A stretch of 43,496 bases of DNA from Gaiellaceae bacterium (GTDB lineage: Bacteria > Actinomycetota > Thermoleophilia > Gaiellales > Gaiellaceae). Location: contig DASTYD010000149.1 of assembly GCA_035765175.1 (NCBI GenBank), forward strand, positions 1 to 43,496, in the 5' to 3' direction. Below, one piece after another: positions 32,720 to 41,347 of this stretch. Under the pieces are notes generated by a model. That model was not told the origin of the DNA, ran no database searches, and worked only from the letters and a program-made list of their open reading frames with translations. Position 1 is the first letter of the stretch, and each line of letters begins with the position of its first letter. Position numbers and translations under genes: made by a program.

Positions 32720-34609
32720 GTGCCCATGGCCGTCGTCACGGCAACGAACCTGCGCAAGGAGCTCTCCGGCGACCCCCTGTTCGACAACGTGTCGTTCAAG
32801 GTCGAGCGCCGCGACCGCGTCTCGCTCTCCGGGCCCAACGGCGCCGGCAAAACGACGCTGCTCCGACTCCTGAACGGAGAAACGGAGCTCCACGGCGGCA
32901 CGATCTCGATGGCCAAGGGGACGCGCATCGCGCTCCACGACCAGCGCCCGCCGGCCGAGAGCCACGCCTCACTCCGCGATTACGTCCTCTCTGGCGCTGC
33001 GGACCTCACCGCCGCCGAGCGGGAGCTGCGTCGCCTCGAGGAGGCAATGGCCGCAGGCGACCACGACGCGGCGACCCTCCGCCGCTACGCCGAGACGCAG
33101 GCCCGCCTCGAGCATGCCGGCGGCTATGCCTGGCGCGAGCGGCTCGACTCGGTGACCCGGAACCTCGGCTTCTCCTCGGCCGACCTCGAGCGGCCCCTCT
33201 CCACCTTCTCCGGCGGCGAGCTCACCCGCGCCTCGCTGGCCCGCGCGCTCGGCGGCGACCCCGACCTGCTGCTTCTCGACGAGCCGACGAACCACCTCGA
33301 CGTCGCCAGCCTCGAATGGCTTGAACGCGAGCTGCAGTCGATCGACGCCGCGGTGATCATCGTCGCCCACGACCGCTGGTTCCTCGAAGCGGTGACAACC
33401 GCGGTCCTCGAGCTCGAGGCGGGCCGGTCGACCTACTTCGCCGGCCCCTGGCACAACTGGCGGCGCGAAAAGGCCGCACGGCTCTCGGCGGCGACGACCA
33501 CGGCCCAGCGGATCGACGTCGACATCGCGCGCCTCGAGCGATTCGTCGCCCGCTTCCGCTACAAGAAGAACCTCGCCAAGCGCGCGCAGGCGAAGCTGAC
33601 GCACATCGGCCGGCTGCAAAAGGAACGCTCCGAGCTGCGAGGAGAGATCGACCTTCTCACCCGGCGCGCGAGAAGCCTCGGCTTCGACTTCCTCCAGCCG
33701 AAGCGCAGCGGCCGAACCGTCGCCGAGGTCGAGGGAGCCGAGCTCGCGGCCGGCGACAAACCGTTGCTCATCGACGTCTCCTTTGCAATCGAGCGGGGCG
33801 AGCACGTCGCCCTCGTCGGGCCGAACGGCTCGGGGAAGACAACGCTCCTCGAGACGCTCCTCGGCCGCCGGGAGCCGGTCGCGGGGAAACTCCGCTTCGG
33901 GCACGGCGTGGAGCCGGCCTACTTCTCGCAGCATGAGATCGAGCTCGACGAGACGAAGAGCGTCCTGGCCGCGACCCAGAACGCGACCGGCCTCCGGAGG
34001 CCAGAGGCGCAGAACCTCCTCGGCCGCTTCCTGTTCACCGGCTGGGAGATGCACGAGCGCTCCGTCGCCGCGCTCTCGGGCGGGGAGCGGCGGCGGCTTG
34101 CGCTGGCCCTCGTCGTCGCCTCCGGGGCCAACCTGCTCCTTCTCGACGAGCCGACCAACCACCTCGATCTCGAAAGCCGTGAGGCGCTCGAGGCCGCCCT
34201 CGATGCGTTTCCCGGCACGGTCCTCATCGTCTCCCACGACCGCGCGCTGCTCGACGCGATCGCCGACCGTACGCTCGCGATCGAGGACGGCACGATCCGC
34301 TCTTACGAGGGCGGCTGGGCCGAGTACGTGGCTGCGCGTGACGAGCGGCTGAAGCCGGTCGAGCCCGAGCCACCTCCGAAGCCGAAGAGAGAGAAGCCCC
34401 GGCCCGCCAAGCGGAAGACCGGTCCGACCGAGCTCGAGAGCCTCGAGGCCGACATCGCGAGCCGCGAGGCGGAGATCGCCGACCTCGAGCGCAAGCTCGC
34501 CGACGACTGGTCGAACGTCGACGTCGTCGCCGCCCACCGCCGGGCCCGTGACGAGCTCCAGGCTCTGCTCAGCCGCTGGGAGCAGCTCTTCGAAACCTCA
34601 GGCGCCTAG
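32720..34609 (+). CDS. ABC-F family ATPase (two ABC domains, no membrane domain, C-terminal coiled coil)
   Basis: Two Walker A motifs (GPNGAGKTT, GPNGSGKTT), two signatures (FSGGELTR, LSGGERRR) and two Walker B motifs (LLLLDEPTNHLD appears twice). There is an inter-domain linker and a charged C-terminal helix. Confidence 0.92.
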   Translation: MPMAVVTATNLRKELSGDPLFDNVSFKVERRDRVSLSGPNGAGKTTLLRLLNGETELHGGTISMAKGTRIALHDQRPPAESHASLRDYVLSGAADLTAAERELRRLEEAMAAGDHDAATLRRYAETQARLEHAGGYAWRERLDSVTRNLGFSSADLERPLSTFSGGELTRASLARALGGDPDLLLLDEPTNHLDVASLEWLERELQSIDAAVIIVAHDRWFLEAVTTAVLELEAGRSTYFAGPWHNWRREKAARLSAATTTAQRIDVDIARLERFVARFRYKKNLAKRAQAKLTHIGRLQKERSELRGEIDLLTRRARSLGFDFLQPKRSGRTVAEVEGAELAAGDKPLLIDVSFAIERGEHVALVGPNGSGKTTLLETLLGRREPVAGKLRFGHGVEPAYFSQHEIELDETKSVLAATQNATGLRRPEAQNLLGRFLFTGWEMHERSVAALSGGERRRLALALVVASGANLLLLDEPTNHLDLESREALEAALDAFPGTVLIVSHDRALLDAIADRTLAIEDGTIRSYEGGWAEYVAARDERLKPVEPEPPPKPKREKPRPAKRKTGPTELESLEADIASREAEIADLERKLADDWSNVDVVAAHRRARDELQALLSRWEQLFETSGA

Positions 34610-34623
34610 AAGAGCCGGGCCGC

Positions 34624-35418
34624 TTACGTCCGAGACGACTCTGCGTAGGCGCGTGTCGCCCGCCGGTTCTGGATCCAGTAGACCAGGACGACCGCGAGGG
34701 GGACGATGATCACGAGCGACAGAAGCGCGATCGGCAGTGCGAGCCAGGCACGGCTCTGCTGCGGAGGTTGGTACGGCTCCTCCTCGGCCGCCTCCCTGCG
34801 CGCCGGCTTGTCCCGGGCACGCTTGTCCTTCTGCGCCTTCTTGAGCTGACTTGCCGAGAGGGAGGGCGGGCCGTGGAACCGCTTCGGCATCCAGTAGTCG
34901 ACGAGCCAGCGGCCGTCGCGCTGCTTGACGAGCTCGACGTCCGCGGTCATGGCCGAGTACCCGGAGCCCGGCTTCGGGAAGACGAAGACCTCGAGGCCGA
35001 CGGCGTCCTCGTACGAGTACTGGACGAAGCTCCACGTCCCGAGCCCGCGGTCGGCGGCTGGATACGGCACGACCGGCATCTCGCCGCCGACCCACTGCTT
35101 CCGCGTCGTTCCCTGCTTCAGGCTCGGCGCGCTCACGTTCCACGCCTGCACGGGGTTCTCGCCCGCGACGCCGCCGCTGATGAACAGCTTGAGCGAGTGC
35201 CTGACCTGGCGCTTCTCAGCCGCCGTGAACGGCGAGTTCTTCGGCTGGACGTAGTCGGCCACCTCGGGCCCGTTCGCATTCCCTGGGTCGCCCGGGTCGG
35301 AGTAGTGGATCGCGACGAAGGCGATCGGCACGGCGAGCGCGAGGATGGTCGACCAGACCAGCCGACGACGCCAGCGGCGCGATTGCCAGATCTGCGTTGC
35401 GAGTCGAGTGTCCCCCAC
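34624..35418 (-). CDS. Hypothetical membrane protein with N- and C-terminal transmembrane helices
   Basis: GTG start directly after the pdtaR stop (TAAGTG). Transmembrane helices LVWSTILALAVPIAFVAI and AWLALPIALLSLVIIVPLAVVLVYW flank a ~170-aa domain and a K/R/E-rich linker. Confidence 0.6.
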   Translation of the reverse strand: MGDTRLATQIWQSRRWRRRLVWSTILALAVPIAFVAIHYSDPGDPGNANGPEVADYVQPKNSPFTAAEKRQVRHSLKLFISGGVAGENPVQAWNVSAPSLKQGTTRKQWVGGEMPVVPYPAADRGLGTWSFVQYSYEDAVGLEVFVFPKPGSGYSAMTADVELVKQRDGRWLVDYWMPKRFHGPPSLSASQLKKAQKDKRARDKPARREAAEEEPYQPPQQSRAWLALPIALLSLVIIVPLAVVLVYWIQNRRATRAYAESSRT

Positions 35419-35991
35419 TTAAGAACCGGCACCGAAGGTAGCAAGCACGGCCTCCGCGACGACCCGCAGGGGCCGCCCGGAGACCTGGCTCGCCTTCCGG
35501 AGGCGGGCGAACGCCTCCTCTTCGGTGAGGTTCTCCTTTTCCATCAGCAGGCCCTTGGCCCGCTCGATGACCTTCCGGGCGGCGAGAGCGTCCGACAGCG
35601 ACTCGGCTTCCTCGCGCAGCGCCGCGAGCTCCTCGTGTCGCGCCCGGGCCGTCTGGATCGCCGGGAGGAGGTCCTGCTCGCGGAACGGCTTCACGAGGTA
35701 GCCGAAGACGCCTGCCTCGATCGCGCGCGAGACGAGCTCGTCCTGGCCGTAGGCGGTGAGCATGACGATCGGGATCGGCCGCTCGTCGAGGATCCGCCGG
35801 GCAGCCTCGATCCCGTCGAGGCGCGGCATCTTCACGTCGAGCACCGCCACCTCCGGCTGGGTCTCGCGCGCCAGCTCGACAGCTTCCTCGCCGTCGCGGG
35901 CCTCGGCGCAGACCTCGAACCCCGCCCGCTCGAGCAGGGTTCGCAGGTCGAGCCTGATGATCGTCTCGTCCTCGGCGATGAGGACTCTCAC
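35419..35991 (-). CDS. pdtaR: Response regulator with ANTAR RNA-binding output domain (PdtaR-like)
   Basis: Receiver domain MRVLIAEDE...AVLDVKMPRLDG...YLVKP. ANTAR domain ARKVIERAKGLLMEKENLTEEEAFARLRKASQVSGRPLRVVAEAVL. Confidence 0.9.
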   Translation of the reverse strand: MRVLIAEDETIIRLDLRTLLERAGFEVCAEARDGEEAVELARETQPEVAVLDVKMPRLDGIEAARRILDERPIPIVMLTAYGQDELVSRAIEAGVFGYLVKPFREQDLLPAIQTARARHEELAALREEAESLSDALAARKVIERAKGLLMEKENLTEEEAFARLRKASQVSGRPLRVVAEAVLATFGAGS

Positions 35992-36001
35992 ATGGCTGAG
36001 T

Positions 36002-36421
36002 CTACGAAGGAATCTCGTCGCTCAGGCTCTGCGCGAGCATGAACGAGTTCCCGTCCGGGTCGTAGAACGTCGCCAGCTTGACCATGCCCTCGATCTCGTA
36101 CGTGTCGCCGTCGAAGCGCACATCCTTCGACTCGAGATGCTTCCGTGCGGCGTCGATGTCGAGCACACCGAACGTCGGCGTCGCGCCACCGGTCTTCAGG
36201 TCCTCGTTCTGGCCGAGACCGATGGTCACGTGCTTCGTCGCCGTCGACATCTCACACCAGCCGTACTGATCGAGCTTGTAGACGAGCTCGAGCCCGAGCG
36301 CGTCCTTGTACCACTCGATAGCGCGGTCGAGATCCGACACGCCGATCGAGATGACCATGTTCTGGCTGTACTCGAACGGTGTGTTCGTCGCCACCGGGGC
36401 GACCTGCACTTCCTGGGTCAT
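36002..36421 (-). CDS. VOC (glyoxalase / bleomycin-resistance / dioxygenase) family protein
   Basis: 139 aa. The paired beta-alpha-beta-beta-beta pattern (ISIGVSDLDRAIEWYKDALGLEL...ATFYDPDGNSFMLAQ) is typical of the family. It ends 10 nt upstream of pdtaR. Confidence 0.75.
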   Translation of the reverse strand: MTQEVQVAPVATNTPFEYSQNMVISIGVSDLDRAIEWYKDALGLELVYKLDQYGWCEMSTATKHVTIGLGQNEDLKTGGATPTFGVLDIDAARKHLESKDVRFDGDTYEIEGMVKLATFYDPDGNSFMLAQSLSDEIPS

Positions 36422-36470
36422 CGCTCCTCCTCTCGATGTCTTGTCATGTTTTTATACTACGGATACTTCC
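36422..36470. promoter_or_regulatory. AT-rich divergent intergenic region between the VOC-pdtaR operon and the HxlR-type regulator gene
   Basis: A 49-nt spacer with an A/T island, tgtcatgtttttatactacggatac, in an otherwise very GC-rich context. TATACT and (minus strand) TAGTAT are -10-like hexamers. No convincing -35 element. Confidence 0.45.
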
Positions 36471-37013
36471 ATGTCAACGCTCGTAGCGCTCTTCCACAAT
36501 CGCTGGTCGGTGCCGATCCTCGCGGAATTGCACCGCCAGCGCGGCAGCCGTTTCGTCACCCTGTCGCGGATCCTCGGCCTGAACCGCGAGTCGCTGCGCC
36601 GGACGCTCACGGCGCTGATCGACAGCGGGCTCGTCGGACGCAATCCCGGCTACGGCCACCCCCTCCGACCCGAGTACGTGCTCACGAGCTCGGGCGAACG
36701 GATCGCCGCGGGCTGCCGGCCTCTCGTCGAGCGGCTGCGCCGCGGAGACCTGGAGGAAGTCGGCCTCAAGAAGTGGTCGATGCCGGTGGTCTTCGCCCTT
36801 GGCGATGGGCCGTTGCGCTTCTCCGAGCTCCGTGACGCGCTCGAAGGAATCACGCCCCGAGCGCTGACCCTCGCTCTCAAGGATCTCGAGTCGGTCGGCC
36901 TCGTCGACCGGCGCGTCACCGAGGACTATCCGCCGGCGACCGTCTACCGCCTTACCAGGGCTGGCCGACCCCTCGCAACGCTGCTGCGTAACGTGACGTC
37001 AGAACGGCAGTGA
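36471..37013 (+). CDS. Tandem-duplicated HxlR-type winged-helix transcriptional regulator
   Basis: 180 aa. Half 1: HNRWSVPILAELHRQRGSRFVTLSRILGLNRESLRRTLTALIDSGLVGRN...PEYVLTSSG. Half 2: KKWSMPVVFALGDGPLRFSELRDALEGITPRALTLALKDLESVGLVDRR...ATVYRLTRAG. Each matches the HxlR core (W..pIl..L....RF.eL...l..i....L...L..L...GLv.R). Confidence 0.75.
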   Translation: MSTLVALFHNRWSVPILAELHRQRGSRFVTLSRILGLNRESLRRTLTALIDSGLVGRNPGYGHPLRPEYVLTSSGERIAAGCRPLVERLRRGDLEEVGLKKWSMPVVFALGDGPLRFSELRDALEGITPRALTLALKDLESVGLVDRRVTEDYPPATVYRLTRAGRPLATLLRNVTSERQ

Positions 37014-37310
37014 CCCGCGCTTGGTCCACCAGCGCATCACGTCGGCGGCCATCCGGCCGGCCCGAACGGAAGGGTCGGATTCTGCGAGGCGCCGAGTCTC
37101 CTCGAGGTCGGTGCGGTACAGGCAGAAGCCGCGGAGCGTGTCGTCGGGCTGGTCGGAAAACGGGCCGGCGAGGACGAGGTGGCCCTGCTCGGTCATCGCG
37201 GCGAGATGCGCGAGATGTTGCTCCTGCAGCCGATCGAGCTCCTCGTCGGAGAACTCGGCCGCTCTCGGGCCGCGCTTCAGCAGTACGAAGCTGTAGCTGT
37301 CGAGCTCCAT
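36999..37310 (-). CDS. YciI-like (DGPF) small protein
   Basis: 103 aa. FVLLKRGP...EELDRLQEQHLAHLAAMTEQGHLVLAGPF is the YciI pattern. The ATG overlaps the pdtaS stop (TGATG). Its 3' end overlaps the HxlR gene convergently by 15 nt. Confidence 0.7.
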   Translation of the reverse strand: MELDSYSFVLLKRGPRAAEFSDEELDRLQEQHLAHLAAMTEQGHLVLAGPFSDQPDDTLRGFCLYRTDLEETRRLAESDPSVRAGRMAADVMRWWTKRGSLPF

Positions 37311-38713
37311 CAGGCCGGAAAGACGACCTCGGCCCGCAGGCCGCCGTTCGAGTGGAGGTCGAGCGTTCCACGCAGCTCGTCCCGCACGAGCGCACGGACG
37401 ATCGAGAGCCCCGTGCCGTCAGCATCGTCGACGATCCCGCTCCCGTCGTCGGCGATCGCGAGCACCACCTCTCCGTCGCGCCGCGCCAGCTCGACGAGGA
37501 CCGTATTGCCGCCGTGTTCGAGCGCGTTCTGCAGGAGCTCGCTGAAGACGAGGGCAAGCGCCGTCGCCCTGCCGCCGGGAAGCGAAACCGGAGTCAGGTG
37601 CGCGTCGACGTGCTTGTCGGCGCCGAGGCCCTGGACGAGCATCGCGCGCAAGCGGTCGAGCAAGTCGCCGAGATCGACCGCCTCGTCGCGGCGTTCCGTG
37701 AGCACCTCGTGCACCGCGGCGATCGCGAGGATGCGGTTCACCGAGTCCTCGAGCGCCTTGCGCGGGTCGACTCCTTCCGAGCGCGCCTGGAGGCGAAGCA
37801 GCGACGCGACTGTCTGAAGGTTGTTCTTCACGCGGTGGTGGATCTCTTGAGCGAGGACGCCGCGCATGACCGCGCGCCCATGCTCGAGCGCAACCGCCGC
37901 GTGGTGCGCGATCGAGGTCAGGAGCGCCCGTTCCTGCTCGGTGAACGGCGTGTCCCGGTCGCAGACGAGCTCGCCGATCGCGCGGCGCTTCCAACGGAGC
38001 GGGAGCCGGATCGCGTGCTCGCCGGCGCGGCCCTCCGGCCAGGCGATGTTCCCGTCCTCGAGGACGAGGGCCGCGCCGGTTGCTCCCACCGCATCCATCG
38101 TCGTCTTCACGATCGCCTCCAGCGACTCCTCGAGGTAGAGCGAGTCCGAGACCGCTTCCGAGATCTTCGCGAGCGCCTCGAGCTCCGAAACGCGGGCCTG
38201 CGCGTCGGCGTAGAGCTTCGCGTGCTCGATCGTCTGGGCGACCTGCGCCGCGATCGCGACGAGGAGATCGATCTCGGCCTCCGAGAACTTCCGCGGGTCC
38301 TCGGTCCGCACGTTGAGCGCGCCGGCCAGCTTCTCGCGCGCGAGGATCGGGACGGCGAGGATCGATTCGTACTGGTCTTCCGGCAGATTTGGGAACGCCT
38401 TGAAGCGCTCGTCGAGGTGCGCCTGCTCCGCGATCATGATCGGCGCGCGGTCGGCCGCGGCAGTGCCGGTGATCCCCTCGCCGGGCCGCATGCGCGGTGT
38501 GCGCGTCATCTCCTCGACCCGCGTGCCGTGGGTCGCGCGAAGCACGAGCTCGTCGGCTTGGTCGTCGTACAGGTAGACGAAGCACGCGTCGGCGTCGAGC
38601 GCGTCCGCGACCTTGCTGGCGACCAGCGCGAGCACCTCCTCGAGGTCGAGCGTCGAGTTGACCGCCGCACTCGTCTCGGTCAGCAGGCGGAGATGGCGCG
38701 CCGAGACATCCAC
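37310..38713 (-). CDS. pdtaS: Cytoplasmic GAF-sensor histidine kinase (PdtaS-like; HisKA_2 type)
   Basis: No transmembrane segment. N-terminal GAF domain (LDLEEVLALVASKVADAL...GITGTAA...ILAVPIL), a second sensor domain, H-box EIHHRVKNNLQTVASLLRLQ, N-box ELLQNALEHG and G1 box DDGSG. Confidence 0.88.
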   Translation of the reverse strand: MDVSARHLRLLTETSAAVNSTLDLEEVLALVASKVADALDADACFVYLYDDQADELVLRATHGTRVEEMTRTPRMRPGEGITGTAAADRAPIMIAEQAHLDERFKAFPNLPEDQYESILAVPILAREKLAGALNVRTEDPRKFSEAEIDLLVAIAAQVAQTIEHAKLYADAQARVSELEALAKISEAVSDSLYLEESLEAIVKTTMDAVGATGAALVLEDGNIAWPEGRAGEHAIRLPLRWKRRAIGELVCDRDTPFTEQERALLTSIAHHAAVALEHGRAVMRGVLAQEIHHRVKNNLQTVASLLRLQARSEGVDPRKALEDSVNRILAIAAVHEVLTERRDEAVDLGDLLDRLRAMLVQGLGADKHVDAHLTPVSLPGGRATALALVFSELLQNALEHGGNTVLVELARRDGEVVLAIADDGSGIVDDADGTGLSIVRALVRDELRGTLDLHSNGGLRAEVVFPA

Positions 38714-38819
38714 GAGCCGATTCTAGGAAGGAGATCGAGGGCGACCGAGAAATGCCGCTCGGGATGGTTAACAAAACCCTTACGCAGGCCGTGGTTTTCC
38801 GTCACAGACGGCGGGTAGC

Positions 38820-39083
38820 TTGCGATCGATGAGCGCTTCGCGTCCCGACCTTCTCCGCACCATCGGCTATCTCGTCGCCGATGCGAAGGGACGCGTCGTG
38901 GGCACGGTCGAGGCGCCGATGTACGGCACCAAGCCGGACATCCCAGACGCAATTTCCGTGCGCTCCGGTTTCCTCTCCCGGCGTCGTCGGCTCGTTCCCG
39001 CGGACGCGATCTCCGAGATCGACAGCCGCAGCGGCGTCGTCGGGCTCAGCGTCGACCGAGACGCAGTTCTCTCCTTCCTCTAA
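38820..39083 (+). CDS. PRC-barrel domain small protein
   Basis: IGYLVADAKGRVVGTVEAPMY...ISVRSGFLSRRRRLVPADAISEIDSRSGVVGLSVD fits the PRC-barrel pattern. The track start is TTG; ATG at 38829 is an alternative. Confidence 0.6.
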   Translation: MRSMSASRPDLLRTIGYLVADAKGRVVGTVEAPMYGTKPDIPDAISVRSGFLSRRRRLVPADAISEIDSRSGVVGLSVDRDAVLSFL

Positions 39084-39125
39084 ATCGTCTTCCCTTCGGG
39101 CGTTTGCTCGGCTTGAATACCGCGC

Positions 39126-39551
39126 GTGAGCCTGCTCGCGGCCGGTTCCAGGCTGATCCGAGAGCTCCGTACGTGGACGCTCGCGCCGATCGGCTTGGTG
39201 CTCGTCGTGGTTCTCTTGGGAGCGGGAGTCGTAACGGTGCTCGCCACCGGCGGTGAGAGCCCCGAGAAACTGATCCAGAGGTACTTCTCGTCGACGGCAG
39301 GCGGAGGAGCCCCGTCGGAGCAGGCTCGCCTCATCAAGTTCACCGAGTGCCACCCGATCTACAAGAAGGTGCGCGGCGAGTTCCTCGATGAGTGCAGCCT
39401 CGAGTTTCGCGGCCAGGCCTACACAGGCTGCTTCCTCTGGAGCGACGACGGGAACCGCATCGTTCTCGGCAGCCGGCAAGTGGCAAGCCTCGTTGCGGGC
39501 TGCGACCGAGTGTTCTGGGATCGAGCCGCCGGGACACTGGTCTCGCGGTAG
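39126..39551 (+). CDS. Hypothetical membrane-anchored protein with four Cys in the outside domain
   Basis: GTG start. One transmembrane helix (LAPIGLVLVVVLLGAGVVTVLA). High G/C at codon position 3. No motif recognised. Confidence 0.5.
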   Translation: MSLLAAGSRLIRELRTWTLAPIGLVLVVVLLGAGVVTVLATGGESPEKLIQRYFSSTAGGGAPSEQARLIKFTECHPIYKKVRGEFLDECSLEFRGQAYTGCFLWSDDGNRIVLGSRQVASLVAGCDRVFWDRAAGTLVSR

Positions 39552-39737
39552 TCCCCAAAACGACTACGAGCCGCTCCTAGAAGCAGCTCGCAGTCGGCCG
39601 TCAGCGGTCACCCGACGCCCGCCAAAGCGACGGGGACCGGTGAGAAATTGATTCTCCTATTTTCTCAGGGCACCGACAAGTGGCTTGTCTCCTCGGGACA
39701 ACAGCCCGGCTCCACCGCCGGTACCATACTCACCCCC

Positions 39738-39920
39738 ATGGCAAAGATCTTCGAGCGGTTACGGACATGGTGGCGCAAGAGCGACGAGCGTGAGAGCGAC
39801 GAGCACAAGAGCCCGATGGACGTCGGCGAGACCCATCGCCCATCGGGCGCGATCGGTCACGGCGCGACGGTGCCGCCGAACTACGTGCCGCCTTCCGACG
39901 AGGGGCGGCCACCTCACTAG
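39738..39920 (+). CDS. Hypothetical 60-aa charged protein
   Basis: ATG-initiated core of track ORF 39648-39920. G/C at codon position 3 is moderately high. No SD and no known motif. Its 3' end lies in a hairpin shared with glnA. Confidence 0.3.
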   Translation: MAKIFERLRTWWRKSDERESDEHKSPMDVGETHRPSGAIGHGATVPPNYVPPSDEGRPPH

Positions 39921-39930
39921 GTGAGGGGCC
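39907..39930. terminator. Hairpin at the convergent junction of the small ORF and glnA
   Basis: ggcc-a-cctcac / tag / gtgagg-ggcc forms a 10-bp stem with one bulged A and a 3-nt loop. It sits immediately after the glnA stop (39930-39932). There is no U-tract in either direction. Confidence 0.45.
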
Positions 39931-41297
39931 TATAGGACGCTCAGGTAGCGCTCCATCTCCCAGTCGGTGAGCTGAACCCTGTAGTCGTCCCACTCCTTGC
40001 GCTTGAGCTCGACGTAGCGGTCGAAGATGTGCGGGCCCAGGGCCTTCTTGGCCAGCTCCGAATCGGCGAGCTCGTCGATCGCCTCGCCGAGGGTCTCCGG
40101 TAGGGAGACGATCCCGCGCTCCTTCCGCTGCTCGGCGGTCAGGTGGTAGAGGTTCGTCTCCATCGGGTCGGGCAGCTCGTAGCCCTTCTCGATTCCCTCG
40201 AGCCCCGCGTGCAAGAGCGCGGCGAACGTCAGGTACGGGTTGCACGCCGGGTCCGGACACCGGATCTCGGCGCGCGTCGCCTGCTCGTTGCCGGGCTTGT
40301 AGAGCGGGATCCTGATCAGCGCGGAGCGGTTCCGGCGCGACCAGGCGACGTACACCGGCGCCTCGTACCCGGGCACGAGCCGCTTGTACGAGTTCACCCA
40401 CTGCGCGAAGACCGCGGAGATCTCCCGCGCATGCCGTAGCTGCCCGGCGATGAACGCCTTGCCGGCCTCCGACAGATGCCACTCGTCGTCGGGGTCGAAG
40501 AAGCTGTTGCGGCCTTCGTTGAAGAGCGACTGGTGCGTGTGCATGCCGGACCCGTTCTCGCCGAAGATCGGCTTCGGCATGAACGTCGCGTGGTAGCCGG
40601 CCTTCTTCGCGATCTCCTTCACGATCAGGCGGTACGTCAGCGTGTGGTCGGCCATCTCGAGCGCGGGCGCGAAGCGCATGTCGATCTCGTGCTGTGACGG
40701 GCCTACCTCGTGGTGCACGTACTCGACGGGGATCCCCATCTGCTCGAGGGCGCGGACGGTTTCCTGGCGCAGCTCGCTGGCGGCGTCCAGTGTCGTCATC
40801 GCGAAGTAGCCGCCTTCGTCGAGCGTCTCGGTGCCCTTGTCGTCCTCGAAGAGAAAGTACTCCAGCTCGGGTCCGACGTTGAAGGTGTCGAAGCCCATCT
40901 CCTGGCAGCGCTCCAGTGCACGTCGGAGCACGTAGCGGGGATCGCCCTCATACGGCTTCCCGTCCGGAGTGACGACGTCGCAGATCATCCGCCCGACCTT
41001 CGTCTCGCCCTCCTTCCAGGGCATCATCCGGTAGGTGCCCGGGTCGGGGATGGCGACCATGTCCGACTCCTCGATTGCGTTGAAGCCGGTGATCGACGAG
41101 CCGTCGAAGCCCATCCCGTCGTCGAGCGCGCCCTCGATCTCGCTCGGCGTCACCGCGAAGCTCTTCAGGTGCCCTTCGAGATCGGTGAACCAGAGGAGCA
41201 GGAACTCGACTCCGTCGGCCTTCATCTTCTCGAGCGCGTCCGTGCGGGCTTCCTCGCTCGAGGTGGCCCGGTTCTTCGACTCGACCTGCTGCGCCAT
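39930..41297 (-). CDS. glnA: Glutamine synthetase type I (I-alpha-like)
   Basis: 455 aa. GFDGSSI and KPIFGENGSGMHTHQSL motifs. The C-terminal segment NLYHLTAEQRKERGIVSLP resembles the Bacillus-type I-alpha enzyme rather than the NLYDLP adenylylation loop. AAGGAGG lies 7 nt upstream of the ATG. Confidence 0.93.
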   Translation of the reverse strand: MAQQVESKNRATSSEEARTDALEKMKADGVEFLLLWFTDLEGHLKSFAVTPSEIEGALDDGMGFDGSSITGFNAIEESDMVAIPDPGTYRMMPWKEGETKVGRMICDVVTPDGKPYEGDPRYVLRRALERCQEMGFDTFNVGPELEYFLFEDDKGTETLDEGGYFAMTTLDAASELRQETVRALEQMGIPVEYVHHEVGPSQHEIDMRFAPALEMADHTLTYRLIVKEIAKKAGYHATFMPKPIFGENGSGMHTHQSLFNEGRNSFFDPDDEWHLSEAGKAFIAGQLRHAREISAVFAQWVNSYKRLVPGYEAPVYVAWSRRNRSALIRIPLYKPGNEQATRAEIRCPDPACNPYLTFAALLHAGLEGIEKGYELPDPMETNLYHLTAEQRKERGIVSLPETLGEAIDELADSELAKKALGPHIFDRYVELKRKEWDDYRVQLTDWEMERYLSVL

Positions 41298-41311
41298 GTG
41301 TACGCCTCCTT

Positions 41312-41347
41312 AAACACGAAAAGCCCCGGGCCGACTTAGCCCGAGGC
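41312..41347 (-). terminator. Intrinsic terminator between the MFS gene and glnA, inside the glnA leader
   Basis: On the minus-strand RNA, GCCUCGGGC-UAAGUCG-GCCCGGGGC forms 9 bp including one G-U pair. It is followed by UUUUCGUGUUU. The U-tract ends 14 nt before the glnA AUG, directly abutting the SD. Confidence 0.7.

Noticed and set aside
37010-38818. 602-aa + strand ORF antisense to the histidine kinase gene.
   Set aside because: It is an R/D/E-rich shadow frame. The minus frame has GAF, H-box, N-box and G-box motifs.
38752-38832. 26-codon uORF (MPLGMVNKTLTQAVVFRHRRRVACDR) ending in an ATGA overlap with the ATG at 38829 of the PRC-barrel gene.
   Set aside because: It has low GC3, no good SD and basic low-complexity content. 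It is more likely a chance ORF in a promoter region, although a regulatory uORF cannot be excluded.
39648-39737. 5' extension of the small ORF (MILLFSQGTDKWLVSSGQQPGSTAGTILTP).
   Set aside because: It covers the A/T-rich hairpin region and has poor codon bias. If the ORF is real, the ATG at 39738 is the more plausible start.
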